Assembly (NCBI GenBank): GCA_963751345.1
Contig: CAVVUS010000023.1
Location: forward strand, 219,595-283,594
Length of the DNA stretch: 64,000 bases
DNA from: an uncultured Chloroflexia bacterium
GTDB lineage: Bacteria; Chloroflexota; Anaerolineae; B4-G1; SLSP01
Direction of reading: 5' to 3'
Part shown: positions 1 through 12,402 of the stretch, one piece after another
How positions within the stretch are numbered: the first letter of the stretch is position 1
How the letters are laid out: each line of letters begins with the position of its first letter
Program-made: the position numbers and the translations under genes
Notes under the pieces: generated by a model
What the model was told of the DNA's origin: nothing
Databases searched by the model: none
What the model saw: the letters and a program-made list of their open reading frames with translations, nothing else

Positions 1-209
1 TCCAGCACGTCAAGGGTGAAGCCGTAGTCTTCGTACATCGTCTTGAGCCGCACGAGCGACATGTAGCTCCAGGGCAAGCGCTCCTTGGGCACATCAAGGC
101 CGCCGCGACGTAGATCCATGCCGCCGACGGCGTGCGTGACGCCGGCTTGCTTGACCATGGTCCAAAGTGAAGAAGGATGGGGGGGCAACATCTCTGCGAT
201 CTTGATCAT
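1..209 (-). CDS. uxuA: Mannonate dehydratase, N-terminal part (runs off the window edge)
   Basis: Manual translation [30 protein letters not shown]...[24 protein letters not shown] resembles UxuA N-termini; AAGGAG RBS upstream. Confidence 0.7.
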   Translation of the reverse strand, partial: MIKIAEMLPPHPSSLWTMVKQAGVTHAVGGMDLRRGGLDVPKERLPWSYMSLVRLKTMYEDYGFTLDVL

Positions 210-285
210 ACGTTGGCTCCTTGGGTGATGGTATCATTGGTATGTTAGCAGGATTGATGGCTAATGCGAACCGGTATGCGTGGCC

Positions 286-813
286 TCACCTACACTTGCT
301 TCTATAAGCAAGGGAACGTCCGTCGATGGCGCGGGCGACTGCCAGAACGCCGTCGAGGTGGTCACACTCGTGCTGTAGAAGCTCCGACAGGTCGCCCTCG
401 AGGTGCACCACGCGTTCGCGCCAGGTCAGGTCGCGGTAGACGATGTCGCACGAGGCGTGGCGTTTCAGGCGGACAAGGAGATCCGGGAAGCTCATGCAGT
501 CGTCCCAGAGCTCGATCATGGCCTCACTCTTATGGGTTAGCACGGGGTTGAAGAGCGGGGTGGGGGTGTCGATGCCGCTGTCGTTGGCGTCGGTCACGTT
601 GCTGACGCGCTCAAGGAAAACGATGCGCTTCATCACGCCGATCTGGGGCGCGGCAATGGCCCGGCCGACGCCGTGCCTTGCTCGGAACGCGAGCAACGTG
701 TCGCGCAGATCCTGAACGGCTGGGCCGAGCGACTCGAGTTCCTCGCGTCTCACAGGGGCGCAGACTTCGTAGAGCTTGGGGTTGCCCAACAGCAGGATGT
801 CACGGATGGCCAT
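286..813 (-). CDS. def: Peptide deformylase
   Basis: GRAIAAPQIG, DDCMS (variant of EGCLS) and QHECDHLDG motifs. Confidence 0.9.
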   Translation of the reverse strand: MAIRDILLLGNPKLYEVCAPVRREELESLGPAVQDLRDTLLAFRARHGVGRAIAAPQIGVMKRIVFLERVSNVTDANDSGIDTPTPLFNPVLTHKSEAMIELWDDCMSFPDLLVRLKRHASCDIVYRDLTWRERVVHLEGDLSELLQHECDHLDGVLAVARAIDGRSLAYRSKCR

Positions 814-2369
814 CTAGACTCCCGGTCTTCCTGAGACGATTGGTCGTGGCGCGAACGCCCAGCCCATGTCGGCCATCGCCTCGCGAACGATGTCTTCCTC
901 GATCCATGGCAGCGTCTCATCGGCGCGCTCCAACGTGATCTCGCCGGCCTTGCCGCAGAAGACGACGGTGTCGCCGGGCCCGGCGTGGCGAAGCGCCCAG
1001 TCGATCGCCTCACGCCGGTCGGGCATCAGGCGGTAGTTACCGCGCCCTGCCTCGTCGGCGCCGCGCTTCATCTCGTCGAGGATATCGTAGATTGGCGTGT
1101 CTCGGCAGTCCTCCTCGGTGAAGATCGCGAGGTCGGCTAGCTCCGTCGCCACCGCCCCGAGGGGTGCGCGCTTGCTCGGGTCGCGTGGTCCACCTGCCGA
1201 GCCGAGCACGACGATCAGCCGCTTCTCGGTGGTCTGGCGCAGGCTCCCCAGCGCGTTGTGGAGGCTTTCGGGCGTGTGGGCGAAGTCGAGCACCACGCGC
1301 ACGGGCCCGGTGTTGATGACCTGCATACGCCCAGGTACACCTGCGAAGGAGGCCAGGCCCGCCCGGATGTCGGGGACCGTGACGCCCAAATGCGCTACGG
1401 CGGCGATGGCACCCAGAGCGTTGGCCACGTTGTAGGTGCCGAGAAGGGAAAGCTCCACCGGGAACGTCGCGCCGGGTGAGTGAACTACGAAGGTGAGCTC
1501 GCCGCCCTGTTCGACGACGTCACTCGCCCACCACGCGGCGCGGACGCCGTTAGCGCGGACGCCGTTAGCGTGGACGCCATTGGCTCCGAGGCCTTCGGCG
1601 TCGGCATAGGTCAGATGGGGACGGTCGGTGAGACGCATGCCATAGGGATCGGCCGCATTGACCACGGCGAAGGCGGCGTTGTCGAAGAGGATCCGCTTCG
1701 CCTGGAAGTAGCCCTCCATATCGCCGTGGAAGTTGAGGTGCTCGGGCGCGAGGTTGGTCCAAATTGCGACGTCGAAACTCGTACCGCGAAGCCGCTGCTG
1801 TGCGAGGGCCTCGCTGCTTGCCTCGACCACGGCGTGGGTGCACCCGCGCGCGACCATCGTCGCGAGCGTTTCCTGGACCTGGGGCGCCTCAGGCGTGGTG
1901 AAATGTGCGGGGAATTGGTGCAGGACATCGTCGTCGAACTTGTAGCCCAGGGTGGAGAGCAATCCGGTGGGGTGCCCGGCGTGCCGGAGCAGGTGTCGTG
2001 TGAGCCACGTCGTCGTTGTCTTGCCCTTGGTGCCCGTGACGCCGATGACGTGAGCTTGCGACTCGGGTAGCCGTTGAGCGCGGCCGCGAGGTCGCCCAGG
2101 GCACAGCGGGCGTTATCGACCTTGAGATAGGGGACGGACAGCGTCTCGCTGCCGGCCCAACCCTCACCGACGATGAGGGCGGCTCCACGTGCCAGGGCGT
2201 CGGGGACGAAGCGGTGACCGTCGTGCGTATGTCCGCGCACGGCCACGAACGCGTACCCGGGCTTGATCCAACTCGAGTTGTGGGTCACACCGGTGACGTC
2301 TGCCGTGCCGTGCGGCGGCGCGCCCTCGAGACGGCCGCCGGTGATTTGTGCTATGGTCGAGAGATCCAT
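814..2369 (-). CDS. murE: MurE-family UDP-MurNAc-dipeptide amino acid ligase (split by indels near 1970-2060)
   Basis: N-terminal Mur domain (VRGHTHDGHRF), TTPEA, EASS, TNLAPEHLNFHG, VPGRMQ, DFAHTP, DRREAI, GDTVVFCGK. Confidence 0.88.
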
Positions 2370-2548
2370 TGGGTATGCCTCCTCCGCTGCAGACGATACC
2401 GCCGTCCGAGCGCGGCGTCAAGGGGCAGGCTGCTCGCGGTCCACCGGGGACGGCAAGACGTCGGCAGGGCCAGAAGGTCGAGCGGTGCCAGGTACCTGAT
2501 CCGGCGAGCCTCTGGGATGGTCATCCGGCTCGCGGGCGGATCGCAACC

Positions 2549-2599
2549 AAGTGCCAGGCACTCCGCCGCAGACGGCGGGAAGTGCCAGGCACTGAGAGG
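2549..2599. repeat. REP-like doublet: two AGTGCCAGGCACT palindromes around a CCGCCG-CAGA-CGGCGG hairpin
   Basis: Read directly; same layout recurs at 61488-61538. Confidence 0.7.
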
Positions 2600-2649
2600 G
2601 GGGGCGTGCCGGATGGGTCCCGCCCGCGGTCCCCTGAGTATCCCCTCTA

Positions 2650-3838
2650 TCGCGAGCCGGGGTAGTCGCGCGGCGGATGTCTCAGCAGCTCCGCCTCGAT
2701 CGAGATCGGAACCCAGGCCGGGCCGATCGGGCACTTTCAGATAGCCGTCCTCGACCTCGAAGGGATGTGTCATCAGGTCGTCGCGCCACGGCGCGTCGTC
2801 GACGTCGAGTTCCAGAATAGCGAAGTTGGGGATCGTGGCGCAGAGGTTCGCCGAGATCAACGTTGTGAGCGGGCTGTGGCAGTTATGGGGCGCGACCAGG
2901 ACATCATAGGTGTATGCGAAGTCGGCGATCTTCTTGCCCATCGTGAGGCCGTTCCAGGCCAGATCGGGCATGATGACGTCCTGGGCGTGAAGCTCCAGAT
3001 AGGGGCGGTAGCCCTGGGTGCCGAAGAGGCTCTCGCCGTGGCAGATCGGCGTCGACGTCGCGTCGCGGATCACCCGCAGCGCCGCAGGGTCGAAGGTCTC
3101 GGTCTCCAGCCACATCATATCGTAGGGCTCCAGCGCGCGGGCGAGCTTGGCCGCCGCTCCGAGCTTGAACTCGAAGGCGACGTCGAGGGCGATACCCACA
3201 TCCGGTCCCAGCACCTCACGGAAGATACTGACCACGGCGACGGCATCGCGAAGCGTGGCAGGGGCAATGGCGCCGGTCGGGTGGGTGAAGATGTCGCGGT
3301 CGGCCGCCGTGTCCGGACGGTCGGCCAGCCGGATCAGGTTGGTCTTGAGTGCTGTGTACCCGCGCGCAGCGACTTCCACCGCAAAGGCGCGCAGGTCGTC
3401 GCTGGTCTCGATCGCGGGGAGCCCGAGCGCCTTCGCCCATGCCGGCCGTGCGCGGGTGGATCCACAATGCGTCCAGTAGAGGCGCAGACGGTCGCGCATT
3501 TTGCCCCCCAGGAGCTGCCATACGGGGACGCCAAGCGCCTTGCCGCGGATGTCCCAGAGGGCAGAATCGATGCCCGCGGCGGCCTTAGAGGCGATGCCGC
3601 CGGTGTGACGGACCGAGGCGGCGGATAGGTCCCACCAGATGGCCTCGACCTGCATCGGGTCGCGGCCGACCACGAAATCCGCCCACCGCGCCACGGTGGC
3701 TGCGATAGGGCCGGGTGCGCCCCAGTCGGTGCAGTCGCCCCATCCGACCAGGCCCGGGTCGCTCGTCTCCACTTTGACGAAGGTCCACGGACGGAAACCC
3801 CCGTCGACGATGAACGTCTTGATGGCGGTGATGCGCAT
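2650..3838 (-). CDS. Mandelate racemase/muconate lactonizing enzyme family (galactonate dehydratase-like)
   Basis: MRITAIKTF, GIDSALWDIRGKALGVPVWQLLGG, metal ligands LD/WLETE/GE, APHN; 3' end frameshifted. Confidence 0.85.
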
Positions 3839-3858
3839 AGATCGCTCCTAACCGTGCC

Positions 3859-4410
3859 TCAGTTTTGTGTCTCCAGATAGGGTGCCATCTGCTGATATCG
3901 TTCGCGGTAGATCCTGATGGTGCCGACCTCCGGCTCGCCGATCACCAGCCGGATCGCGGGGCGTCCGTAGAGGCGCGCCGACTGCGTCTCCACGATCTCG
4001 GACCACGGGATCAGCAGTCTGGCCTTTGTCAGCATGGGCGGTCGTACCCAAAGGTACAGTCCCTCGTCGCTCATGGCGATATCCACGCAATTGCGGTAGC
4101 GGATCGTGCCCACGCCGATCGTCTGGCCGGTCCAGCTTGTGCCGTTGGACGCGCCCGCGGGCGCCCGGGTTGCAGGGTAGGCCTCGGCCAGTCTGGCCAG
4201 GCCACTGACGTTGGCAAACGGTCCCATTCTGGTCACCTCGCTCTCCTCCGGTCTGACCGCGGGCTCACCTGGGGCTATCTGCCGTGAGGCAATCGGGCGG
4301 GTGCAGCCGGCGGTAGTCAATAAGAACAGCAGAAAGATATGCTCAAGTCTAGTGGGTCTCATTTTACGCACTTTTGCGGTGACTCGTCGTCTTCGTTCTG
4401 GGCACCACAT
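3859..4410 (-). CDS. Hypothetical protein, possible lipoprotein
   Basis: Hydrophobic stretch then TAGC lipobox-like sequence; LLIPWSEI motif; start uncertain. Confidence 0.45.
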   Translation of the reverse strand: MWCPERRRRVTAKVRKMRPTRLEHIFLLFLLTTAGCTRPIASRQIAPGEPAVRPEESEVTRMGPFANVSGLARLAEAYPATRAPAGASNGTSWTGQTIGVGTIRYRNCVDIAMSDEGLYLWVRPPMLTKARLLIPWSEIVETQSARLYGRPAIRLVIGEPEVGTIRIYRERYQQMAPYLETQN

Positions 4411-4607
4411 CTGACCACCATGATGAGTCTACTCTTGGGTTCGCTCCAGATCGCGTCGAGGAGATGCGGTCGCTCTACGGTCGCCCGGTCATCCGCGGGA
4501 CCGAACCCAAGGGCATAGCCGAACTCCTCTGGGAGAGCATTACCTCACCGACGATGCTCGCCAGTGCGTGGATCGAGGTCCGGGAATGGGTCGCGCTCGG
4601 GTGACGG

Positions 4608-5774
4608 CTAGTCGAAGTACGTGTCGCCGTTCCACAGAAGCGACTTCGCGACGTCGTCGTTGAGTTCGACACCAATGCCGGGACCCTCCGAGACGTGCAT
4701 GTACCCGTGATCGATGAAGGGCTTGTCCCCGTCGCAGAGATCGTTCCACCAGGGGATCTCGCGGCCGTGGAACTCCAGGACGAAGAAGTTGGGCACCGAG
4801 GCGCAGACGTGGCAGGCCGCCATCATGCCCAGCGGGGAGCTGACGTTGTGCGGCGCCATCGGCACGTAGAAGGCGTCGGCGATCTCCGCGATGCGTTTGC
4901 CTTCCATGATCCCGCCGGCCTTGGAGAGGTCGGGCATGATCACGTCCACGGCTTGCCGCTGGAGCAGCTCCAGGAACTCGAAGCGAGTGTACTGGTTCTC
5001 GCCGCTGCAGATCACGGTGCTGGTCGATGCTTTCACCTGTGCGAGGGCGTCGACGTTCTCAGCGGGCACGGGCTCCTCCAGCCACATCAGGCGTAGATCC
5101 TCCACGGCCTTCGCCAGCGTGATTGCTGAAGGAATGTCGAACTGGCCGTGGCAGTCAATGGCCAGGTCGATGTCCCAACCAATCGCCTCACGACTGGCGC
5201 GGATGAGCTCGATGATGTGGTTCATCTCTTTGGCGCCGACGGTCCAGTTGACCGGGTCGAGCTTGCCGACACCGGTGTGGTCGACGTCGAACTTGACAGC
5301 ACTGTACCCTTCTTGCTCCACGACCTCGGCCGCTTTCTCGGCGTAGGCCTCAGGTGTCTCCTCATCGCCGGCGTGCAGGTCGGCATAGAGCCGGATCTTG
5401 TCGCGGTAGGCGCCACCCAGAAGCCTGTAGACGGGCACGCCCAGCGCTTTGCCGGTGATGTCGTAGAGGGCATTCTCAATCCCCGTGATCGCGAAGATGA
5501 TGGGGGCGCTGCTCGTTCCACCATATCGCCCGCGGCGGCGGAGCAGCTCGTAGAGAGGGCCGGCGTCCATCGGATCCTTCCCGATCAGGAAGGGCTTCAT
5601 CGTCAGGATGGCCTCCTTGACGGCAAAGCCGGAGGCGCCGGCAGCGGCCGAATTGCACTCGCCGGTGCCGACGATGCCTTCGTCGGTGTACACACGGACG
5701 AAGGTCCAAATACAGCCGCCGCTGGCGGGCTCGTTTCGACCGATGACACAAGCTTGGATGTCGGTGATCTTCAT
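4608..5774 (-). CDS. Mandelate racemase/muconate lactonizing enzyme family
   Basis: MKITDIQ start with RBS; GIENALYDITGKALGVPVYRLLGG, KFD, DCH, WLEEP, GEN, APHN. Confidence 0.9.
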   Translation of the reverse strand: MKITDIQACVIGRNEPASGGCIWTFVRVYTDEGIVGTGECNSAAAGASGFAVKEAILTMKPFLIGKDPMDAGPLYELLRRRGRYGGTSSAPIIFAITGIENALYDITGKALGVPVYRLLGGAYRDKIRLYADLHAGDEETPEAYAEKAAEVVEQEGYSAVKFDVDHTGVGKLDPVNWTVGAKEMNHIIELIRASREAIGWDIDLAIDCHGQFDIPSAITLAKAVEDLRLMWLEEPVPAENVDALAQVKASTSTVICSGENQYTRFEFLELLQRQAVDVIMPDLSKAGGIMEGKRIAEIADAFYVPMAPHNVSSPLGMMAACHVCASVPNFFVLEFHGREIPWWNDLCDGDKPFIDHGYMHVSEGPGIGVELNDDVAKSLLWNGDTYFD

Positions 5775-5865
5775 TGCAGTCGTCTCCTTTGCATCAACAC
5801 GCCCGCTGACTCGTGGTCTGATCTGATCTGAAGGGCGCTGCGGTTCCCGTGGGCGGCAGACTCTA

Positions 5866-8800
5866 TCAGTCCTGGGTCTGGTCTGCGATCGCGGACCTCG
5901 GCAACCATACATGAAAGGTTGCACCATGGCCCAGCTCACTCTCTACGTCAATGCGCCCGCCGTGCTCTTGCACGATATTGCGGCTCACGAATAGCCCCAG
6001 CCCAAGTCCCAGCTCCTTGGTGCTGTGGAAGGCTTCGAACATGCGCCGCACTTCTTCCGGCGCGATGCCCAATCCCGAATCGGCAAATGAGATCCGCACA
6101 CCGAGCGGCTCTTCCGTGTCTCCTGCTCGTATGCGCAACTCCCCTCCGTCAGGCATAGCGTCGATGGCGTTCAGCACCAGGTTCAGAAACACCTGCTGGA
6201 TGTGTTCGCCTACTATCGCGACGGGCTGCAGGCCATCGTCGCCCTCCCATATCAACTCCACGCCACGGTTCTGGGCCTGATTGCGGGTGAGAAGCATCAC
6301 CTTTCTCACCAGGTCGCCCACGTTAGTCAGCTCCCTGTGCCCTTCTCCACCTCGGCCCATATCGCGCATCCGGTGCACGATTCGCGCGGCGCGCCTCAAC
6401 TCGTCCATCGCCACGCTCATATACTCCGTGGCGTCCTCGCCATCATCAAGATTCTCCATCGCCAAACCCAGGCATCCGACCACGGCCTGGATCGGATTGT
6501 TGATCTCGTGGGCCAGCGAAGCCGTCATGCGTCCCATGGCCGCCAGGCGTTCCGTCTGGATCAGCGCCTCGTGAGCACGTTTGCGTTCGGTGATGTCGCG
6601 TGCGGCCGCAAAGATGCCGGTGACCTCTCCCCTCTCATTGCGGTAGACCGAGGCGTTGTAGAGGACGGAGGTGATATGGCCATCGCGATGCCGTAGCTCG
6701 AGTTCGAGGTCGTGTACCGAACCCTCGCGGAAGACGTGCTCATAGCTGGCACGCGACCACGGCCGGCGCGGTGAAGTAGTCGGAGAAATCTGTCCCGATG
6801 AGCTCGGAGCCGCGAGCGTCCTGTCGCGGTCTCGGCTGCCGTGTTGACGTCGGTGATTCTCCCATCCGGCCCAATGGTCACCAGCGGATCGAGGCTGGCC
6901 TCGATCAGGCTACGGTTGTAGGCATTGGCCTGATGTAGTGCTTCCTCGGCCCGCTTGCGCTCGGTGATGTCATCCACCAGAGCCAGCACGAGAGGCGGGG
7001 CCCCGGCGTCCTCCCGGAGCCACGACACCGTGGCGTTGGCGTCGCCCCTCTGTCCATCCCTGCGGCGGTAGCGAGTCTCAATCGAGGTCTCGCTCGCCTG
7101 CCGGGCCACGAGTTCCGTAAGCCACGTCTGGGCAGCGGGGTCGGCGTTATCCAGGAGTCGCACGAAGTCCATACCCACTAGCTCCTGTTCGCTGTACCCA
7201 AGCATCCGCCGCAGCGCCGGGTTGGTGGCGACCAGCCTGCCCTCGGCAGTCGCCAGGGCTATGCCGATGCCCGCCCCCTCGAAGATGGTTCGGAAGCGCG
7301 CTTCGCTCGCCTCCAGAGAGGCTGTTCGCTCCTGCACGAGCGTCTCGAGTTCGTCGGCGTGGCGCTGTACCTGCTCGTACAAATAGACCTGCTCCAGGCC
7401 AATGGCCAGCTGTAGGGCCAGCTCGTGTATCACCTCGATGTGCTCAGCCGGGACCGCGCCGGGCGTCGCCATGCCGACACCGAGCATGCCCAGAAGCCGT
7501 TCGTGGATCAGGACCGGCTCGTAGATCTGGGCACGCACGCCTTCTGCCCGGAGTTGGGCAATCAGCGACGACGAAGATGGCAGCGCCTGCAAGTCGTCGA
7601 CGATATAGCTTCTGCCCTCCATCAACTCTGCGAACACCGGGTCCCACGTCGGGTCTGCAGGGCCTCGCCAGCCACTGCCGAGCGCGCTCTCGTCCCTTGC
7701 TGGCTGAAGGTCGCCAGCAGTGACAGTTCCTGCGTGTCCGGCTCATAGATCACCACGCTGGTGCGCAGGCACGGGAGCAACTGGGAGATCTGCCGCACGA
7801 CCGTCTGGGCTGCCTCCTGCAGCGAATGCGCGGCAATGATGCGTCTCGTCGATCTCGTGGAGGGAACGCAGTCGTTCTGCATAGCGGTGCAGCGACTTCT
7901 CAGCCTGTTTCTGCTCGGTTATGTCCTGGAAGTAGACCGATATGCCGCCGCCTTCCCGCGGGAAACAGCGATTGTGGAACCAGCGGCCCCAAGGCTCGTA
8001 GTAGTTCTCGAAGTCGCGAATCTCCCCGGCCGCAGCCCGACGATATTCGCGCTCCAGCACGGTCCCGAGCGTGAGCGGGAAGACTTCCCAGTGGCTCCGG
8101 CCGAGTACCTCGTCGCGGCGAATGCCCAGAATACGCTCCGCAGGGGCGTTGACGTAGACGAAACGCCAGTCGGCATCACAGGCAAAGAAGCCGTCGCCAA
8201 TGCTCTCCAGGGTGGTTCTGAGCAGTTCCTGGTGAGCTTTCTGTTCGCTAATGTCGCGCCAGGCGACAATGCCGCCGATCACGTTGCCGGCAGCATTGCG
8301 GATTGGCCCAGCGGAGCACAGAAGCGGAACGTGCTCGCCGCGAGAGTTGGCCTGCACGAGTTCCACATCCTTGACGATCTCACCGTGCTTAACTGCCCGC
8401 ATCACAGGTAGCTCGTCGTCAGGCAATAGTGTTTCGCCATCAGCCTGATAGACTCGCCACTGGGCAGCCACATCCGTCGTCTGCATGCCCTCGTGCGGAC
8501 CCCCGAGGAGCTCCTCCCCGTAGCGACTGACGCGGGTCATGTTGAGCGCCGCATCTACCATCGTGATGCCTTCAGGCACATATTCCATCAGCGCCGAAAG
8601 CATCCGGTCGCCCTCCTCGGCCCTGGCAAGGGCCTCACGCAACTGCTTTTCTGCGCGTTTACGTTCGGTGATGTCGCGGGCGATGACCGTCGCGCCCGCA
8701 GGCTTCCCGCTTTCGTCTGCGGTGAACGTGACGTCCAGGCCTACGTCGAGGACGCGACCGTCGCGGCCGCTCACCCTGTATTCAGCGGCACGTATCCGGT

Positions 8801-9657
8801 TTCTCTCCATTGACCCACGTGGCGATTTGGCTCCGAAACGGGGCGCGGTCTTTCTCATCGAGCAAGCCAAGCGGGTCCATTGCCAGCAGCTCCTCACGGC
8901 CGAAGCCGAGCATGTCGCACATGGCGTCGTTGACGGAGACGAATCTCTCGGCCGGAAAGTCGATTTCGCAGATGGCTACCGGCGCGTGCCTGACAAGCTC
9001 CCGATAATTCCGTTCGGTCTCGAGACGCGCGGCCTCACTCTCGCGTAAGGCCGCTTCGGTCTTCCGCTGCTCACTGCTCTCGATGATCTGCCAGCGACCG
9101 GCCCGCTTGAGGAGGGCGAAACGATGGTTGCTCACCACATCCATAATCTCGGCTGCACCACACCTGTCGAGGCTGTAGGTACAGAGCGCCAGCATGCGAT
9201 ACTGGCCGATGACGCGGTTGACAGCCTCTTCGTAGGCGGTGAAGTCGTCCCAGTCCTCGTCCTCAAGCCAGAAGGTGTTGCCTGTCAAGCGTAGACCCTC
9301 GAAGCCTCGATCGAGGGCGCCCTGCAGTTTGTCGACCCAGCCCTGGAGCACGTCGTCGGCGTTGAAGCTGCCGGTGCGAGTGTACCACTGGGTATAGTCC
9401 AGGATCTCGATCTGGCCTCTGCGAAGATAGTCGTCGAGGGCAGGTTCCGCGGCCCCCAGGGCTGCCCGTGCCTCGTCCACTCCCAGGGGCTCGGAAGTAA
9501 CCCACATGCAAAACTCGTTGTCGGTCAGCCCCTGTCGGAAATAGGGCACCAGGATATCGATGAGGTCCTGCTTGTTCTGGTAGAACTGGCAGAGGTGGGT
9601 ACCCCACGCCGCGTTGCCAACGACGTCTATCCCCGTGCGCCTGAAGTGCTCTTCCAT
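5866..9657 (-). CDS. MEDS-PAS-GAF-PAS sensor histidine kinase (one gene split by about 3 indels)
   Basis: MEDS (WGTHLCQFY...LALCTYSL), repeated DITERKRAE PAS ends, GAF, HEINNP H-box, NAIDAM, GLGLGL G-box in consecutive ORF pieces. Confidence 0.85.
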
Positions 9658-10238
9658 CCGTGCCTCTATAACCTGGCTTTCGCGCCAATGCGGCGATGTC
9701 CTTGTTTCAAGGTGACGCCCGGCTCAGTATAAGCTTCTCCTACCAATAGGCCAGTGGCGAAGGTGGTTGGCCGAGGATCATATCCACCCATCTCTCCGGC
9801 GTCTCCTGCTATGCAAAGTACGGGATGCTCGCTATACTCGCGAGCGGCGGCGTGCGATTTCAATTATGTGGCAAGTGGGGAAGGAGATGGCAGATGATGG
9901 ACCCAAGCTATCTGGAGCACTATGAGGCGCTTCTGAGAATTCGCCATCGGGCAGCCCGAAGGATGCGACCTCACCCGCTGGGTATTCATTGTCTCTATGC
10001 TGGTGGTTCTTCGCGTCCGGCCTTCTTGGCCACCTACAAGGGCTAACGCTCTACGTAGCCACGCCTTCTCGTTGCGTTCGGTGCTGCCTACTGGTCGCGT
10101 GAAGTCGAAATCGCCACGACCGAGCATCTGTTCGAGCTTGTTGAGCCTCCGGAATCGAGATCGCTGGCCAAGGCACGTCCGGTTGGATCGCCGGCCACCG
10201 GGCTTGCTGCGTCCGCCGTCCAGATACTGCGCAATAGG

Positions 10239-12384
10239 CTAGCCCGAAAGCGTGCGCCGGAAATCGCCGGCAGCGTTTCTTCCGGCGGGATGAGTCGCCA
10301 GGCACCCGGGCACGAACTTGCGTGCCGCGCCCCGGTGCGCTGACGATGTCCAATGTGCCTCCCATACTGGCCGCACGCTCGCGCATCGACTGCAGGCCCA
10401 AGTGACCCGGGTAAGCGATCGATGGGTCAAAGCCTAGGCCATCGTCGGACACCTCAAGTTCGAGGCTCCCCCCTTCGCATGCCAGATGCACATCCAGGCG
10501 GCCGGGGCCCGCGTGTTTGGCTGCGTTGTTCAATGCCTCTTGGGCAATGCGATAGAGCGCTTCCTTGGCCAAGATCGACACATCCGGCTCATCGCACAAG
10601 CTCAGCCCTACTTCGATGCTTCCGCGTGCGCGCAGCGCTGATGCCTGATGGGTCAACGCTGCCACCAAGCCTTCCGTCTTCAGCGACTCGGGTCGCAGAT
10701 CAAATATGAGGGCACGCATCTCGGTAAGGCCGTTCTGGGCCAGGGAGAGCACGTAACTCAACGCTTCACGTACCTTGGCCCGATTGGTGTCGAACAGCTT
10801 GATCGCCGTGTTGGCCCCCAACGCGATACCGTACAGCGCCTGCGATACGGAGTCGTGCAGCTCGCGCGCCAGGCGTTGGCGCTCCTCCTGCGCTGTGCGG
10901 TCCCGAGTGCTCTGCGCCAACTGTACCTGCACCCGGCGCAGGATAATCTCTGACTGTCTGCGTCGGGTGATATCGTGGGCAATCGCTGCGAGGCAGGGCT
11001 CTCCGTTGACTGTCATAGGCGTCAACGAGAAAAGGAGTGTGGCGGTGTCGCCCTGTTCTGTCGCAAGATCGAGCTCGTAGTCGGCCACCCGCCCGTGTGT
11101 CAGGAGCAGCTCCTGCAGCTCGGGCAACTTCTCCGGCGGTAAGAGGTGCCTCAACTGGGACCAATTCAGGCCGACGACCTCGGCGCGCGCATAACCCAGG
11201 ATCTTGGTGAAGGCCTCGTTGATGTCGAGCAGCACACCGTCAGCCGCCCTGAAAATGCCGATAACGTCGGGCGACGAGTGGAACAGCGCGGCGAACTTGG
11301 CCTCCGAGGAGCGGCTTGCCTCTTCTGCGCGCTTGCGGTCGGTGATATCGAGGCAGATGCCGCTCATTCGAGCAGGCCGATTCTCTCGATCGTAGGCACC
11401 CTTTCCGAGCACGCTTATCCAGCGGAGCTGCCCGTCAGGCAGCATAACCCGGTACTCGCTGGCGAGTTCGGAGTGCTCCTCCAGGGCCACGGCTATCTGC
11501 TCTCCGGCCCGCTCGCGGTCGTCGACGTAGAGCACGGACCACCAGGCATCAAGTGAAGCTTCTGTGGTGTCTTCATCCAGGCCAAGGAGGTCGAACGTAA
11601 TTGACGACCATCTGAGTTGGCCGGTTGCGGAGTCCCAATCCCACGAGCCTGCGCCGGCGGCGGCCTGAGTGAACTTGAGCCGCTCCACCGACTCCTCCAG
11701 CATTGCCTCAGCCTGCCGGCGTTCCGTGACATCCTGGCTGAAGACTGCCAGCCGGGTGATGTTGTCCTCAGCATCGCAGATCGGATGCACGTAGTTTTCC
11801 AGCGTCCTGCCGGCCCGCTCGTCAGTAAAATGCAGGGGCTGACCGGACTGCAGAGCGATATCCAGATACGCCCTTCTTCTTTCCTTCACGTCGGGTGGAA
11901 AGTAATCGAAGAGGGAAGAACCCACAAAGTCCTTGTCTGTGGCGCCTACTCGCCGAGCCGCCGCTTCATTTGCCGCCAGGACGATGCCGGAGGTATCGAT
12001 CAGCAGGGCAGCGTCAGGCGAGGCATCCATCAATGCGCGCTCCGTCTCCCGGGCTTCGCGCAGCGCTCCCTCAATGCGCTCTCTCCGAGCGATTTCGACC
12101 TTCAGCCTTTCGTTGGACCATTCCAGTTCTGCCGTGCGCTGGCGCACCCGCAACTCCAGGGTGTCATGCGACTGCTGCATCGCTGCGGCGGCTTGGCGGC
12201 GTGACTCCATCGTCCGGTGCGTCGAGACATAGACGATGAGGGCGCCCGACGCCACGAGGATGATGTGCGATGTCGTAAGCAGACGGGAGGCGCGCATCCA
12301 GCTGTCGAGGACGAAGTCCAGCAGGAGAAACCCTATGGCGAATAGGGCTGAGATCACGGCGGCCTGGTAAACCGTCCTCTTCAT
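10239..12384 (-). CDS. Membrane-anchored PAS sensor kinase, HisKA_3 (NarX/DegS type)
   Basis: Two N-terminal TM segments, three PAS domains, ERQRLARELHDSVSQ, QEALNNAAKHA, DDGLGFD, GHLGLQSMRER. Confidence 0.9.
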
Positions 12385-12402
12385 AGAGAGCTCCCAAGGA
12401 TG

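Noticed and set aside
2351-2650. C-terminal extension of the first enolase-family ORF
   Set aside because: Readthrough caused by an indel; the extra sequence is intergenic repeat DNA
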